From Selaginella moellendorffii (taxonomy: Eukaryota > Plantae > Lycopodiophyta), in the NCBI RefSeq assembly GCF_000143415.4, contig NW_003314262.1, positions 5,287,876-5,351,875 on the forward strand: a DNA stretch of 64,000 nt. The letters are read 5' to 3'. Made by a program: the position numbers and the translations under genes. Positions 23,549-35,268 of the stretch are shown in pieces. Under the pieces are notes generated by a model that was given only the letters and a program-made list of their open reading frames with translations, had not been told where the DNA came from and did no database searches. Numbering within the stretch: position 1 is the first letter of the stretch; every line of letters starts with the position of its first letter.

Positions 23549-24246
23549 TATGAGAGAGATTGGCAAAAGCAGGACACTTAGAAGTGGTCTCACAAGTATT
23601 TATAAACATTTTTACAGACGTTTCTTCTAAAGTTATTTTGATTTGAAACAATCATGATTATTCAAAGAAAAAAAAACTACACAGCACATTATAGAACCTT
23701 TACAATTTGATAAGATGTGGACAACAACGTTAGGTGCCATGTCCACCAATAGAATTAAATTCAAAGACACATAAAAGGTGGACCGTCCACGTGTCAGCAT
23801 CCAGAGCGTACGTGGTACATCGCCATCAACGCCGACGCTAGACCGACAAAGAGAAAATATGCGCGCTAGTATTTCGGCTTGGCTTCTTCTTTCGCGCTTG
23901 ACTTGCTCGGAATCACTGTGCTACCCCTGAAACTCAAAGTTTCCACACTTTCTAGAAGAGAGAGAACTCCTCGTTTTTTTTTGTTCGATGCTTACGGGAA
24001 TTGGCAGAGAAACCCACGCGTCGAAGTCGCAATGGCGAATTCCGGACGATCTGCCGACGATTTTCCAGTGTCTTAATTCCAAAAAGCGGAGCTCTGCTGA
24101 GTAGAAAAAGCTTACCACTGTCGCTTTGTTGCATTGCTGCGATTTCAATCGCTCTCGTCGCGCTGCGCGAGGAGATGTTGATCGATCATTAAAGAGTCTC
24201 CTTGCTCGGGTTTCCTCTTCCCAGTGAGTGAGTGAGCTCGCAGAAA

Positions 24247-27200
24247 ATGAGGACCAAGTTTGGTTTTGCGCTGGGATTCAGTCATCCCGTTCTCCAAGTT
24301 GTCCTTCTCCTGTTCACGACGATTATCAGTAGCAGCAACAGTGAATCCACTCTACCTCAGATTTATGGCGATGTAGCTCCAGCTCCAGCTCCAGCAGGTA
24401 CTTTTTTCGCGACCGATCCATCGGAAGTTGCTGTTTTGAGAGCCATTCCTGCGATTTCCTGGGCCGCGGCCGCTGCCAATGATCCCTGCTCGCCACCATC
24501 AACTTGGCCGGGAGTAACCTGCGTGCTCCGAAACCAGTCGTCGCTTCCAGCTGCTTATCACGTCTCCGGCATTGAACTGTCCCGTGACACTCCACAGGCA
24601 CTTTCCATTCTCCTGTCCATCGCGTCGCAGCTCGGGTACTTGCACAGCCTCCGAGTCACCAGAACCACGTCGTCGTCGCCTTCGTTTTCCATCTCCATCC
24701 CCGAATCCATCGGACAAGTCCAGCAGCTCCGGCATCTCGACCTCAGTGAGAACGGGCTCCATCTCGGTGGCCCGATACCAGGCCAGCTAGCTAGCCTCTC
24801 CAAGCTCAGGCACCTCGGGCTCGCAGGAAATCAGCTCACGGGCTCCATCCCGGAAGAGCTTTGCACAATCTCGTCGCTCAAGTATCTAGACTTGAGTAGA
24901 AACCAGCTCCAGGGACCGGTTCCAGCCTGCCTCGGGAATTCTTCCAGTCTGAGAGTGCTCGACCTCGGATCAAACCGTCTACGGAGCCGGATACCGGCTG
25001 AGCTCGGACAACTTTCCAGCCTGCTCTATCTGAACTTGGAGAACAACCGCCTTCAAGGTGAAGTTCCGGAGTCGCTCGGGTCTCTTAGGTCGTTGCAAAC
25101 TCTTCGATGCGGTAGAAACATGCTCGAGGGAGTCCTTCCCAGGCAGCTCGGACAGGCTCGGAGTTTACAGGTGCTGGATTTCTCGCTCAACTCCGATATC
25201 GCTGGAAGCATTCCTGCCTCACTTGGTAGCTTGAGTGACATCGTTGAGCTTTCCTTGTTCTCCATGGGATTGAACGGAACCATTCCCAGCGAACTCGGTA
25301 AGCTCCGGAACTTGTCAGCGCTTCGGCTCCATTCCAATTCCATCTCTGGCTCCATTCCCGGCTCGTTCTCGGAGCTTTCCAGTCTTAAAGTCCTCCAGGT
25401 CCAGGGAAATCAGCTCTCGGGATCACTTCCAAGCTCTGTTTTCAAGCAGCTCTCTGGTTTGCAAGGACTGTACCTCCAGATCAACTCCTTCACAGGTGTT
25501 TTGCCGGTGGAGATAACTCGGATGCCCAATCTGTCCGTCCTCAACCTCGGTTTCAACCAGCTGGATGGAGAGCTGCCTGAAACGCTCGGAAGCATGTCCA
25601 GTCTCGAGTGGCTGCTGCTCGGGAGCAATCGATTTTCCGGTCAAATTCCAGCCTCACTCGGCGAACTTCGCAAGCTCCGGCTCCTGGATCTCTCCAACAA
25701 CTTGCTCGTCGGCTCAGTGCCTGCGAGCATCCTCGACGCCGCCAGCATCGAGAAAAACCTCCACTTCAACCAGCTGAATTCCACCGGCTTGCTCCACAAC
25801 CTGTGCTTGCAGCCGCCGTGCTCGCAGCAGCAGGATCATTCGCCAGACATCACCTCCAACAGAATCTCTGACTCGTTCGCGATCAACGCAGGCGGCCCCG
25901 AGCACATCTTGACGAGCCGCCACCTTTTTTTCCAGGCCGATGACGTCTTTGCGAATACCTCAGTGGGATACTTTGTCGGGAATCCGACCTGTTCAGCGAG
26001 CTCTGCTTCCTGGGCCATCAGCCTCTCGGGTTCCACCGCCTCCTCACGGATCATCTCGACGAATTCCTCCACCAGTGGGATTGACTCGAGGTTCGTGGAA
26101 GCCACCCAGGAACTTTACACGACTGCTCGAGTAGGCGGCGACTCCATCGCCTACTATGGACGATGCCTGAAGCCCGGGAGCTATGCCGTCGAGCTCCACT
26201 TCATCGAGCTCGAAAACTACACTGTAGATTCCCCCGGAAGACGTGTCTTCGACGTGTTTCTCCAAGAGCAGCGTGTGCACGAGAAGCTGGACGTCTTCCG
26301 CGTCGCTGGAGGTCCCTTCGTTCCTCTCGTTCTGAAGTTCCAAGCTCGAGTTGGCGAAGAGTCCTCAACTTTGAAGCTGGAGCTACGAGGAACCGGGAGC
26401 TGGAACACTAGCGGCGCTGCTGGATCATACCACGGACCAACCATCTCGGCTATCCGAGTCTACGCGAACACCACGAGCTCCTTGGGCATTTCGGGTAACA
26501 CATCCTCCTCTAGAATGGCTCGCGAGCTCTGGGCCATCCTTGGAACGAGTATAGGAATCCTCGCCATCGTCTGTATCACTCTCTTCGTCGGCCTGGCTTG
26601 CTGGCTGAGAAGAGCCGAGAAGAAAGCTCGGATGATCCCCGAGGAAGAACATACCGGAGGCGAGCATTCGATCTCCATCGACCATATCCATCAGAGCTTG
26701 AGCAACTCCAACGCTGCCGCTCTTGCCACTTTCGAGTTCTCGGAGCTGGAAGAAGCCACGCAGAGGTTTAGCTCGGACAATCTTCTCGGGCAAGGAGCAT
26801 ATGGAAGAGTCTACAAGGGGTTCTTACCGGATGGGAAGATCGTGGCGATCAAGCAGCTCGTCCATCGCACCCCGACGTGCCAGCGCTGGTTCTACCACGA
26901 GCTCCAAGTGATCAGCTCGGTGCGCCACCGGAATCTCGTGCCTCTCATCGGCTGCTGCATCGATCGAGGGTTTCCACTCCTCGTCTGCGAATTCATGCCC
27001 AACGGGAGCCTCCAGGGCGCCCTCTTCGGTCGGGACAGCGGCATTTTCCTCGACTGGGAGCGGCGGCTCCAAATCGCGCTGGATGTGGCCCGGGGATTGC
27101 AGTACCTCCACGAAGATTGCGCCAAGGTGAGGATCATCCACCGCGATGTCAAGCCCGGAAATATCCTGCTGGACGAGGACATGCGAGCGCACATTTCGGA

Positions 27201-27915
27201 TTTCGGCCTCGCCAAGCTGATCGCGCACCACGAGGAGGCCGAGGTCGTGGTGAGCTCCGTGATGGGCACCCGAGGATATCTCGCCCCAGGTAGGCTGAAG
27301 TACCCTGTTTTTAGGGTTCTTATTCTCTCTCTTGCAGAGTATGTGATTAATGGGCAGCTCTCGGAGAAGGTCGACGTCTACAGCTATGGGATCGTCCTCT
27401 TGGAGCTCGTCAGCGGCCGGCGAGGGATGCAATCCAGCGTGAATGTGGGCGCGCCGGAGCCCGTGTCGATCGACGAGTGGGCGTGGGAGGCGCTAGGGTC
27501 CAACAAGATCGAGGCCATGGCCGATCCGCGCTTCGGCCGCAAGTATTCCATGGATGCCATGGTGAGAATCGTCCAGATCGCGATGTGGTGCACCCAGGGC
27601 TTGCCCGAGCAGCGGCCATCCATGGGACAGGTCGTGGCGATGCTCGTTGGCCAGCTCGGGGTCCCGGAATTGCCGAGCGAGAGGATTTCCTGGGAGGAAT
27701 TCAAGAGCGTGTTGGAATTTGGGGTGAAGATCGGTGGTGCTACTACGAGCAGCATTTGGGAGACGATGGATGGATCATACCAGACGGCGAACGAGGAGAC
27801 TTTGCCGGATGTCCGCGAGGAGGAAGAGGTGAAGAAAGAGGATCGTTCACTCTCGATCGTTGCGCCTCCTCCAAGCGAAGAACTGGTAGCCGGCAATACT
27901 GTTTCTTCTTCCTAG
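24247..27915 (+). CDS. LRR-malectin receptor-like kinase (RD kinase), one 48-nt intron at 27290-27337
   Basis: Signal peptide, many plant LRRs (LxxLxLxxNxLxGxIP), malectin domain (FAINAGG...LYTTAR...YAVELHFIE...GRRVFDVFLQ...GPTISAIRV), TM helix, and kinase motifs GQGAYG, AIK, HRDVKPGN, DFG and GTRGYLAP|EY. Confidence 0.93.
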   Translation: MRTKFGFALGFSHPVLQVVLLLFTTIISSSNSESTLPQIYGDVAPAPAPAGTFFATDPSEVAVLRAIPAISWAAAAANDPCSPPSTWPGVTCVLRNQSSLPAAYHVSGIELSRDTPQALSILLSIASQLGYLHSLRVTRTTSSSPSFSISIPESIGQVQQLRHLDLSENGLHLGGPIPGQLASLSKLRHLGLAGNQLTGSIPEELCTISSLKYLDLSRNQLQGPVPACLGNSSSLRVLDLGSNRLRSRIPAELGQLSSLLYLNLENNRLQGEVPESLGSLRSLQTLRCGRNMLEGVLPRQLGQARSLQVLDFSLNSDIAGSIPASLGSLSDIVELSLFSMGLNGTIPSELGKLRNLSALRLHSNSISGSIPGSFSELSSLKVLQVQGNQLSGSLPSSVFKQLSGLQGLYLQINSFTGVLPVEITRMPNLSVLNLGFNQLDGELPETLGSMSSLEWLLLGSNRFSGQIPASLGELRKLRLLDLSNNLLVGSVPASILDAASIEKNLHFNQLNSTGLLHNLCLQPPCSQQQDHSPDITSNRISDSFAINAGGPEHILTSRHLFFQADDVFANTSVGYFVGNPTCSASSASWAISLSGSTASSRIISTNSSTSGIDSRFVEATQELYTTARVGGDSIAYYGRCLKPGSYAVELHFIELENYTVDSPGRRVFDVFLQEQRVHEKLDVFRVAGGPFVPLVLKFQARVGEESSTLKLELRGTGSWNTSGAAGSYHGPTISAIRVYANTTSSLGISGNTSSSRMARELWAILGTSIGILAIVCITLFVGLACWLRRAEKKARMIPEEEHTGGEHSISIDHIHQSLSNSNAAALATFEFSELEEATQRFSSDNLLGQGAYGRVYKGFLPDGKIVAIKQLVHRTPTCQRWFYHELQVISSVRHRNLVPLIGCCIDRGFPLLVCEFMPNGSLQGALFGRDSGIFLDWERRLQIALDVARGLQYLHEDCAKVRIIHRDVKPGNILLDEDMRAHISDFGLAKLIAHHEEAEVVVSSVMGTRGYLAPGRLKYPVFRVLILSLAEYVINGQLSEKVDVYSYGIVLLELVSGRRGMQSSVNVGAPEPVSIDEWAWEALGSNKIEAMADPRFGRKYSMDAMVRIVQIAMWCTQGLPEQRPSMGQVVAMLVGQLGVPELPSERISWEEFKSVLEFGVKIGGATTSSIWETMDGSYQTANEETLPDVREEEEVKKEDRSLSIVAPPPSEELVAGNTVSSS

Positions 27916-28118
27916 AGCTCGAGACGAGAGAAGCATTAGGAATCACCATGGGAATCTTCATCCAGGAGGAAAAGTTAGCGATCGCGACAAAGTTCTTCTC
28001 GATCGAGGTGGATATCCTGCTACGAATATCGCGTCCCTAGGAGGATCAATCTCTTGTTTTTAAGCTCCTCCAAGCTCGAGGTACTAGAGTTCTTCCGCTT
28101 TGTCCTTGTTTTTCTGCT

Positions 28119-28961
28119 ATGGCGATCGAGAAAGTGGTGCTGATAACTGGCTGTGCAGAGGGTGGAATCGGTGCGTGCTACTCCAGAGTCTTCCACTCTC
28201 GGGGATTCAAAGTTTACGCCACGGACGTCCAGCCGGTGGAGAGCATGCAAAGCTTGCGAGCTCTGGGGATCCAAACGCTTCAGCTGGATGTGACGAGCGA
28301 CGAATCCGTGAGAGCTGCGGTGGATCTCATCCTCCGGAACGAGGGCAGGATCGACGTGCTTGTCAACAACGCCGGGCTCTCCACTATCGGGCCGCTAGCC
28401 GAGCTTCCACTCAAGAACATCGAGCGAGCTTTCCAAGTAAACGTCTTTGGAACTTTGAGGATGATCCAGGCAGTGGTTCCCAGCATGGCGGAGCAAAGGC
28501 AGGGCCGGATCATCAACGTCGGCAGCGTCGTCGGCTACGTCCCCACCCCCTGGGCCGGATCATACTGCGCGTCCAAGGCCAGCGTCCACGCTCTCTCGGA
28601 TGTTCTTCGCGTGGAGCTGGCGCCACTGGGAATCCAGGTGGTGTTGATCGTCCCCGGCTCGGTGAAGTCCCAGCTTGGAGCCGCGGCCTCGAGCTCTCTT
28701 CGATCGAGCGAGTGGAAGCTCTACAAGGATTTCTCCAGCGCCATCGCCGAGAGAGCTACCTCGTCCCAGTCCGGCAAGGCCACCGCCACGGAAGAATTCG
28801 CTGTGAGAGCCGTGGGAGCGATACTCGAGAAGAATCCTCCCAGGCATTTCGTCTATGGATTTATGAGTGGGCTGTTCTTGGTGCTGCGATGGAGCCCATT
28901 GTGGCTGAGAGATCTCTTCATGCGATGGAGGTTTGGCCTCTTGGAGAAGAAGAAACACTGA
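28119..28961 (+). CDS. Short-chain dehydrogenase/reductase, Ayr1-like (1-acyl-DHAP reductase family), intronless
   Basis: VVLITGCAEGGIG, LVNNAG, catalytic YCASK; 280 aa. Confidence 0.9.
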   Translation: MAIEKVVLITGCAEGGIGACYSRVFHSRGFKVYATDVQPVESMQSLRALGIQTLQLDVTSDESVRAAVDLILRNEGRIDVLVNNAGLSTIGPLAELPLKNIERAFQVNVFGTLRMIQAVVPSMAEQRQGRIINVGSVVGYVPTPWAGSYCASKASVHALSDVLRVELAPLGIQVVLIVPGSVKSQLGAAASSSLRSSEWKLYKDFSSAIAERATSSQSGKATATEEFAVRAVGAILEKNPPRHFVYGFMSGLFLVLRWSPLWLRDLFMRWRFGLLEKKKH

Positions 28962-29421
28962 GGAAAGAAGAAAGAATCTCTTAATACAAAGAAAGAATCT
29001 CAATAGAAATTTCCCCTTAAACCCAGATCCTCTGTTTTTAGGGTTCTTATTTTAGGGTTCTATGGCGCATTCTTCCATCACGGGGAATGATCGCCTTCTT
29101 AGCACAAGCTTTAAGTAGCCCTAGAGCCCTAGGGGTTGGGGAAGCTTCCAAGGCGGAGCCCTAGGGCGCTGGGACGAGGGAAGGCGAGCCCTAGGGTTTC
29201 TGTGCGCGTCCTCTTCCGCGTCTGGCATTGGAGGCGCTGATTCGAGCGCCATCGTCTCCGGATTCCAGATTTCCGATCCCAGTGAGTAGCCAGCTGCGTC
29301 GATCGATCGCAGGACGTAATTTGTCGAGGATATTTCCAGATTATTTTGCCGGAGCTGGATCAGGATCTGACCGTATTCTTTCTTCTTTTTCCACATTCTT
29401 CACGGATCGAGGCTGGTAGCG

Positions 29422-32400
29422 ATGGAAAATCTCGTCTCGTTGGCAGAGGCTATGCAGCAGGCTTCGTCGGTTTTGCTAGACGATAATGACGACTCCGCGC
29501 AGTATACTACTTTTCTTAACGTTGTTACTATTGGGAACACGGTACTAATATCCATAGGAATAGATGGAGGATCTCGTGAATTAATGTTCTTCCTCTTTGT
29601 TTTGCAGGGTGCTGGAAAATCTGCTGTTCTCAATAGTATCATTGGCTACACCGTGATGGTGAGTGACGGAACAATTTGGTGCTCTTGGTTTTGCTGACGG
29701 ATTTTCTTACGTAGCCAACTGGAGAAAATGGCGCTACGAGGGCTCCAATTGTTGTTGAATTGGAGCGTGACCAATCGGAAGGTAAGGGATTGGCGGTGAT
29801 GACAGAAGGGCGCGCCCGACCATCGTCTGCAAGTAAGTTTCTAGTTGTTAGTCTTCTTCTTTCGTGTCGGTTCAACTTTCTTAAAATTTTCCTGTTGTGT
29901 TAGACGAGATTCGTCTCTCGCTGCAGTCTAGGATAAGTAGAATCCTGTCGAGCAGAAGCAGCCGGCCTGAGGAGATTCGGCTTCGACTACGGTCAAGTGC
30001 AGGTATGCTTTCAAATTCTTGAATAGACTGTAAGTATCTTTGCTGTGCCTTCAGCCCCACCTTTGACATTAATTGATCTTCCTGGACTTGCATCACTCGA
30101 CGACCAATTTGTAAGTAGCCTGCTACGTTTACTGGTTTCTAACTGTGTTACAGGTTAATGAATATGGAAGTCATAACGATGCTGTTCTGCTCGTTGTAGT
30201 ACCTGCAACTTCCGTGCGAGATATCACGGGATCGCAAGCTTTGAAAATGGCAAGGGAGCTTGATCCTGAATGTAAGTGCTAGTGTTTTTTCAATTTAAAA
30301 AATTCTGATTTTTCTTTTTCGTTTTTGTTTTTGGGTCAGTCTCAAGGACTGTTGGTGTGATTAGCAAGGTTGATCAATCTGCCAGTGATCCCAAAAGTTT
30401 AGCTGCGGTTCAAGCAGTTCTTTCTGGCCAAGGTCCATCGGCGAGTGCAGACATAACCTGGGTTGCTTTGATTGGCCAATCTGTGTCCATAGCAGCAGCA
30501 CATGCGGGTTCTGTTGGAACCGATGATTCCCTGGAGACGGCCTGGAAAGCAGAAACAGAAACTTTGAGATCCATCTTAACTGCGGCCCCGTCAACACGAT
30601 TGGGGAGAGCAGCGCTAGTGGACGTGATATCTAAGCAGATTCGGAAACGGATTAGGCAAAGACTGCCAAGTCTTTTGTCTGGGTAATGCGTTCTCGTACT
30701 AGATCCTAAAGACATTTCTGACATTTGTAACGTTTCTTAGGCTCGAGGGAAGGCAGCAGGAGGTCGAAGGGGAGTTAGTGAGGCTTGGAGAACAAATGGT
30801 TGAGACGGAAGAGGGTACCCGTGCGCTTGCTTTGGAACTTTGTAGAGAATTTGAAGACAAGTATATCTTACACATAAATAGTGGAGAGGTGAGTCTTTGA
30901 ATTTTGTTCTTACGTTTTCTCAAATTCTGCTGCAGACAGGCGGCTGGAGAGTGATATCAAGTTTCGAGGGCGCGCTTCCAAACAAGTTTAAAAATTTACC
31001 ACTGAATGATCTTTTCGACCTGAACTACTTGAAGAAGGTAGTTAGCAGCATGTGACTACGGGTTTTTAATGTTCTTTCTGGCTTATCACAGGTGGTTCTT
31101 GAAGCGGATGGGTATCAACCATATTTGCTCTCTCCAGAGAAAGGGCTGCGAGAGCTTGTACGAAGAGCTCTCGAACTTGCTAAAGATCCTGGAAAGCATT
31201 GTGTTGACGAGGTTTGAAATATTAGCGCTTAGGTGAACAGACTTCACGTTTTAATTTTCAGGTGCATCACGTTTTAGTTGATATAGTCGCTGCATCTGCA
31301 TCTTCGACACCAGGCTTAGGAAGATACCCGCCTTTTAAACGAGAGGTATGCTCTTGTGCGATTTTATGTGGAAGTAACAACGGTTTTGTCCTTTCAGGTT
31401 GTTGCTATTGCAAGTGCCGCCCTTGATGAGTACCGGACGCACGCCAAGAAGATGGTAGTAGACCTTGTTGACATGGAAAGGTCATATATTCCACCACAGC
31501 ACTTCAATCGTCTTGCTCAAAGAAGGTAGACAGCTTTTGTGTTTGGTCTCTTCACTTTCCTTAGCGCTTTGGCTTCCAGGATTGACAGGCTTCGAAGGGA
31601 AGAAGAGACAAAAACAAGAGTTTCGAAAAAAGCACAAGATGCAGAGCAAGTACTTTTGAACAAGGTAAACAACAGAGCCTAAAATGTTTAACTTTAGCTA
31701 TTGACTATGCCATAGGCAGCAGGTCCACCAGTAAATCAGACACCGCCGCTGAAATCTATAAAAGGTCAAAGTGACAAAGACAAGGACAGCAAGGATGGCA
31801 AGGATGGTGCTCCATCTTCAATTGCCGGTGGCGAAATTTCTGGAGGTAATTGCTTAGAGCAATTTTTGTTTGATCTGAAATCTCTTATGCAGTTTATCTC
31901 ATGAAAAAAAGTACGAACAAGTCTGGTTGGAAAAAGCGTTGGTTTGTTTTAAACGAAAAGACTAACCGGGTAAGCTACAACTGCCAGATGTTCTCCTCTC
32001 TAACAGTAATTTGGCAGCTTGGATACACCAAGACTCCTGATGAGAGGCTTTTTCGCGGTGTCATCAATTTGGAGGTTGATTTTTCTTGTCGTTCTTGCCA
32101 CAGAAGATAATGTCGATGAACTTACAGGAATGTGCAATCGATGACGCGTCAGAAAAGGACGACGATGACGCCCCGACAACAAAATCATCTAAAAAGGAGA
32201 GGGCGTCCGACTCTAGCATCAGTCTTGCATTCAAGATTACAAACAAAGTTCCTTACAAATCTGTCTTGAAAGGTAGGCTCTCAATCCCTTCGTATGAAGA
32301 CGTTTATTCCCTTCCTCTTGCAGCACACTCTTCGGTCGTCTTAAAAGCCGAAAGTATAGCGGACAAGCAGGAATGGATTGCGAAGCTCCGGAATTGTGCG

Positions 32401-33281
32401 CAAGGGACTCAGCAGCCGCCTGGCAAGTCAGCCTCTATCGTGAAAGAACCTTCTCGTGCACCAGAACCTGTGGTATTTCCATTCCTTCTTTCCTGTTTCA
32501 CTTCATTTCTTTTTTGTCTAAATCTTTCTCGACTCGTAGCAGGACACTGTGATTAGAAGACCAGCCGATCCGGACGAGGACCTCAGATTCATGGGCCAAG
32601 AAGTTCGCGACTACGTTGAGGCCGTGCTCAACAGCCTCTCGGCCAACATCCCAAAGGTAATGCGGCGTCAAATAACTCACTTTCACTTGTCTCACACCAC
32701 TCATTCACAGGCAGTCGTGCTTTGCCAAGTCGAGAAGTCGAAAGATGCGATGCTCAACAAGCTCTACAGCTCCATCAGGCAAGTCGATGACTAGCTTTTC
32801 GAACCGATGTCGCGTGAACCTTAACTCCGCGAACTACCGTGCAGTAAATTCTCGAGCGCCCAGATCCAGGAGCTTTTGCAAGAGGACCCTGAAGTAAAGC
32901 GGAGGCGTGACAAATGCCAGAGGCAATCGCAAGTGCTAAACAAGCTCACACACCAGCTAAGTATGCACGAAGCTCGCGTGTCTACTGTCAGTGGCTACAC
33001 CGACACAGGTAAAACATCTCTGCATCGCCTTATCCAACAAAACTTTGGCTACCACAGATGGATATGGATCACCATCGAGTTCCAAAGGAGCCGGCGAGGA
33101 GTGGCGAGTGGCGTTTGAGTCCGCCAGCACTGCGCCACCGCCGAGCAAGTCTCTGAGCATCAACGGACGAATAGATCGACGGTTCACGGCCACGGAAGAG
33201 AACGGTGACATTGGTTCCAGCCGTCGGTCCACGCCCTCGAGGGCCGCTCCAGCGCCTCCGGGTTCTATGTATAGAGGATGA
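29422..33281 (+). CDS. DRP2: Dynamin-related protein 2 (GTPase, middle, PH, GED, PRD), about 20 short introns
   Basis: [10 protein letters not shown]|[31 protein letters not shown] domain [38 protein letters not shown], and a tail [14 protein letters not shown]. Confidence 0.93.
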
Positions 33282-33578
33282 TGACTAAACCGGTAAGTCT
33301 ATCATCTCTTTTCTCTTGTTTCGTTCTTTCTTCCTTGTTTGTTGTTTTATATCGATTGACTGGATGGATTGTTTTTCTCAGAGTCGGGGAGTTTTGAAAA
33401 TTTTTTGTGTGATTTTCCACGGATGGTTTGGTGGTGAATAACTTTCCATTTTGCTCTCCCTCTAGGTGCCCACGCTGCCGTATTGTAAATTGGCGGCCTT
33501 GTATCGTTACAGTCAGCTCTGCCGTGTCTCGATTATATATATGGTTTCTTTGTTTCTCTAGTCGGTGTCTGCGTGGTC

Positions 33579-34995
33579 TTAAGTTCTTAGACGCCCGTTT
33601 GTTTGCTGCTGTTCCTCGGGCTGGGTTTGGATATGTCGGCCCACTTTAGCGTGGAGCTCGGTCATTTCTTTGATGTTTATGAGGGCCACCTCACACATTC
33701 TATCGAGAGCCAGCATTGGAAATGGTTCCTCGATGAGAACTCCCACCTGAGGCAAGATTTGTGGACAAGAGGATATCTTCCATGTAAAGAGATCGAGATT
33801 CATCCTACCTCTTCGATGCAAAAGAGAGCTGCGGAGCTGAAAAACGTGGAGGGGATGACGAGCCAGTTGCAAGTGTCCCACAGCGCAATGGGGAGGCCCA
33901 GGTGCCACAGTATGAGAAACCTGGACGTAAGGCGAGTGTACGAGAGAGGAATGGGGGTCCGGATGAGCCTCTCGCACACGCTCACGCTCCTGTTGTAGGT
34001 GGAGATGTTTTCGTGCTGTAAGAAGCGAGAGGTGGTCACAAGCTATACCGGAACTATTTGGGAGCTACTTACCAGAAGAACTTGCTGTGTTTCTCCCAGG
34101 CTCAAGCCATCGATGATCTGGAAGATCATCTGGAGCAAGCAATTCGGCCGGTGCTTGGCATTGAGAACAAAGGCAAGATCCCGCTCGTCTAAGACTTTCC
34201 TCAAGTCGGCCTCCATGTCGGATCCCATGATAAGGTGACACTGCACTTGTAAGGGGACAAAACTTCCACGTAAACTTCGAAAACAAGAGTTCCCGAGAGA
34301 AGAAAAAGACTACCAACCTTCAGAGCCAGTGGAAAAGCCACGATATACCGCATGAGATCATCGTTGTGGATCCAAGCCTCTGTCAGCCTCGCCAAATTCT
34401 TGGTGCTGCTGATCACCTCGGTCCACGTCTTCCTGGCCTCGTCATACCTCGAGTAGGACGTATCGGTCCTAAATACCAAGAGAAGAGCCAATGCCGGGGC
34501 CGTGAGCTCGTAAGGCAGCGACGGCGCGTGGAGCACTGGAAGAAATCCCGGCGCCCACCCGGATTCCACGAGAGCGTTGTAGAGCGTGACCAGCACCGAA
34601 ATCCCCGTGACTGTGAAGACCGGGGGAATCAAAGAGATGATAACCCGGGAGGAGAACGTCGAGGCCATATGGCGGGCGTGGCGGAGGGAGCTCCTGTGCC
34701 GCAGCCAGTCGTTGTTGGAGTAGAAGGCGCGGCGATTGGGCATATTTTGCTCCTTCTGCGCGTCGGCCCACTCGGGAACGCTCGCAATCCACCGAAATAT
34801 GTCGAGCCTGGCCTCGCGGATGCCGTCGAGCGAGAATGGATTAGCGATGATCTTGCCGCGCGGCCCTCGCCATTGCCGCGGTTCTGGAATCTGGCAGAAA
34901 ACCTGGAAAACAAACCTCCGCTGCTGCCGATGGCCGCGGCCCCGCGCCACCGCCGGTGGGAAACGCTGCTCTCGATCCAATGCGTATCGATTCAT
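33579..34995 (-). CDS. Bestrophin-like UPF0187 / VCCN-type anion channel, probably plastid-targeted
   Basis: DWLRHRSSLRH, LALLLVFRT..SYSRYDEARK, HRPN, CERLIRTPIPLSYTRLTSRFL and IEEVGVLIEEPF; spliced. Confidence 0.9.
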
Positions 34996-35268
34996 CCTTG
35001 AATCGAGCTCCCGGACCGCGAATCCGTGCGCTGTCGAGCCGCAAATGCGATGGACGAACTAGGTTTTTAGCTTACCGCTTAAATCCGAAAGAATATCTCA
35101 TTGATGCTTGCCACGTCTACAGTAAAATGCCACGTATGCATACGCAACGTATATACCATAATAAACGAATAAACCTGGAAACCATGGAAAACGAATATAC
35201 CACTGCGTCTCGTCGAGTGGCTTTTCCTTAAATCCCTGTACAAGAAAAAGAACAAACAAACGCGACTA

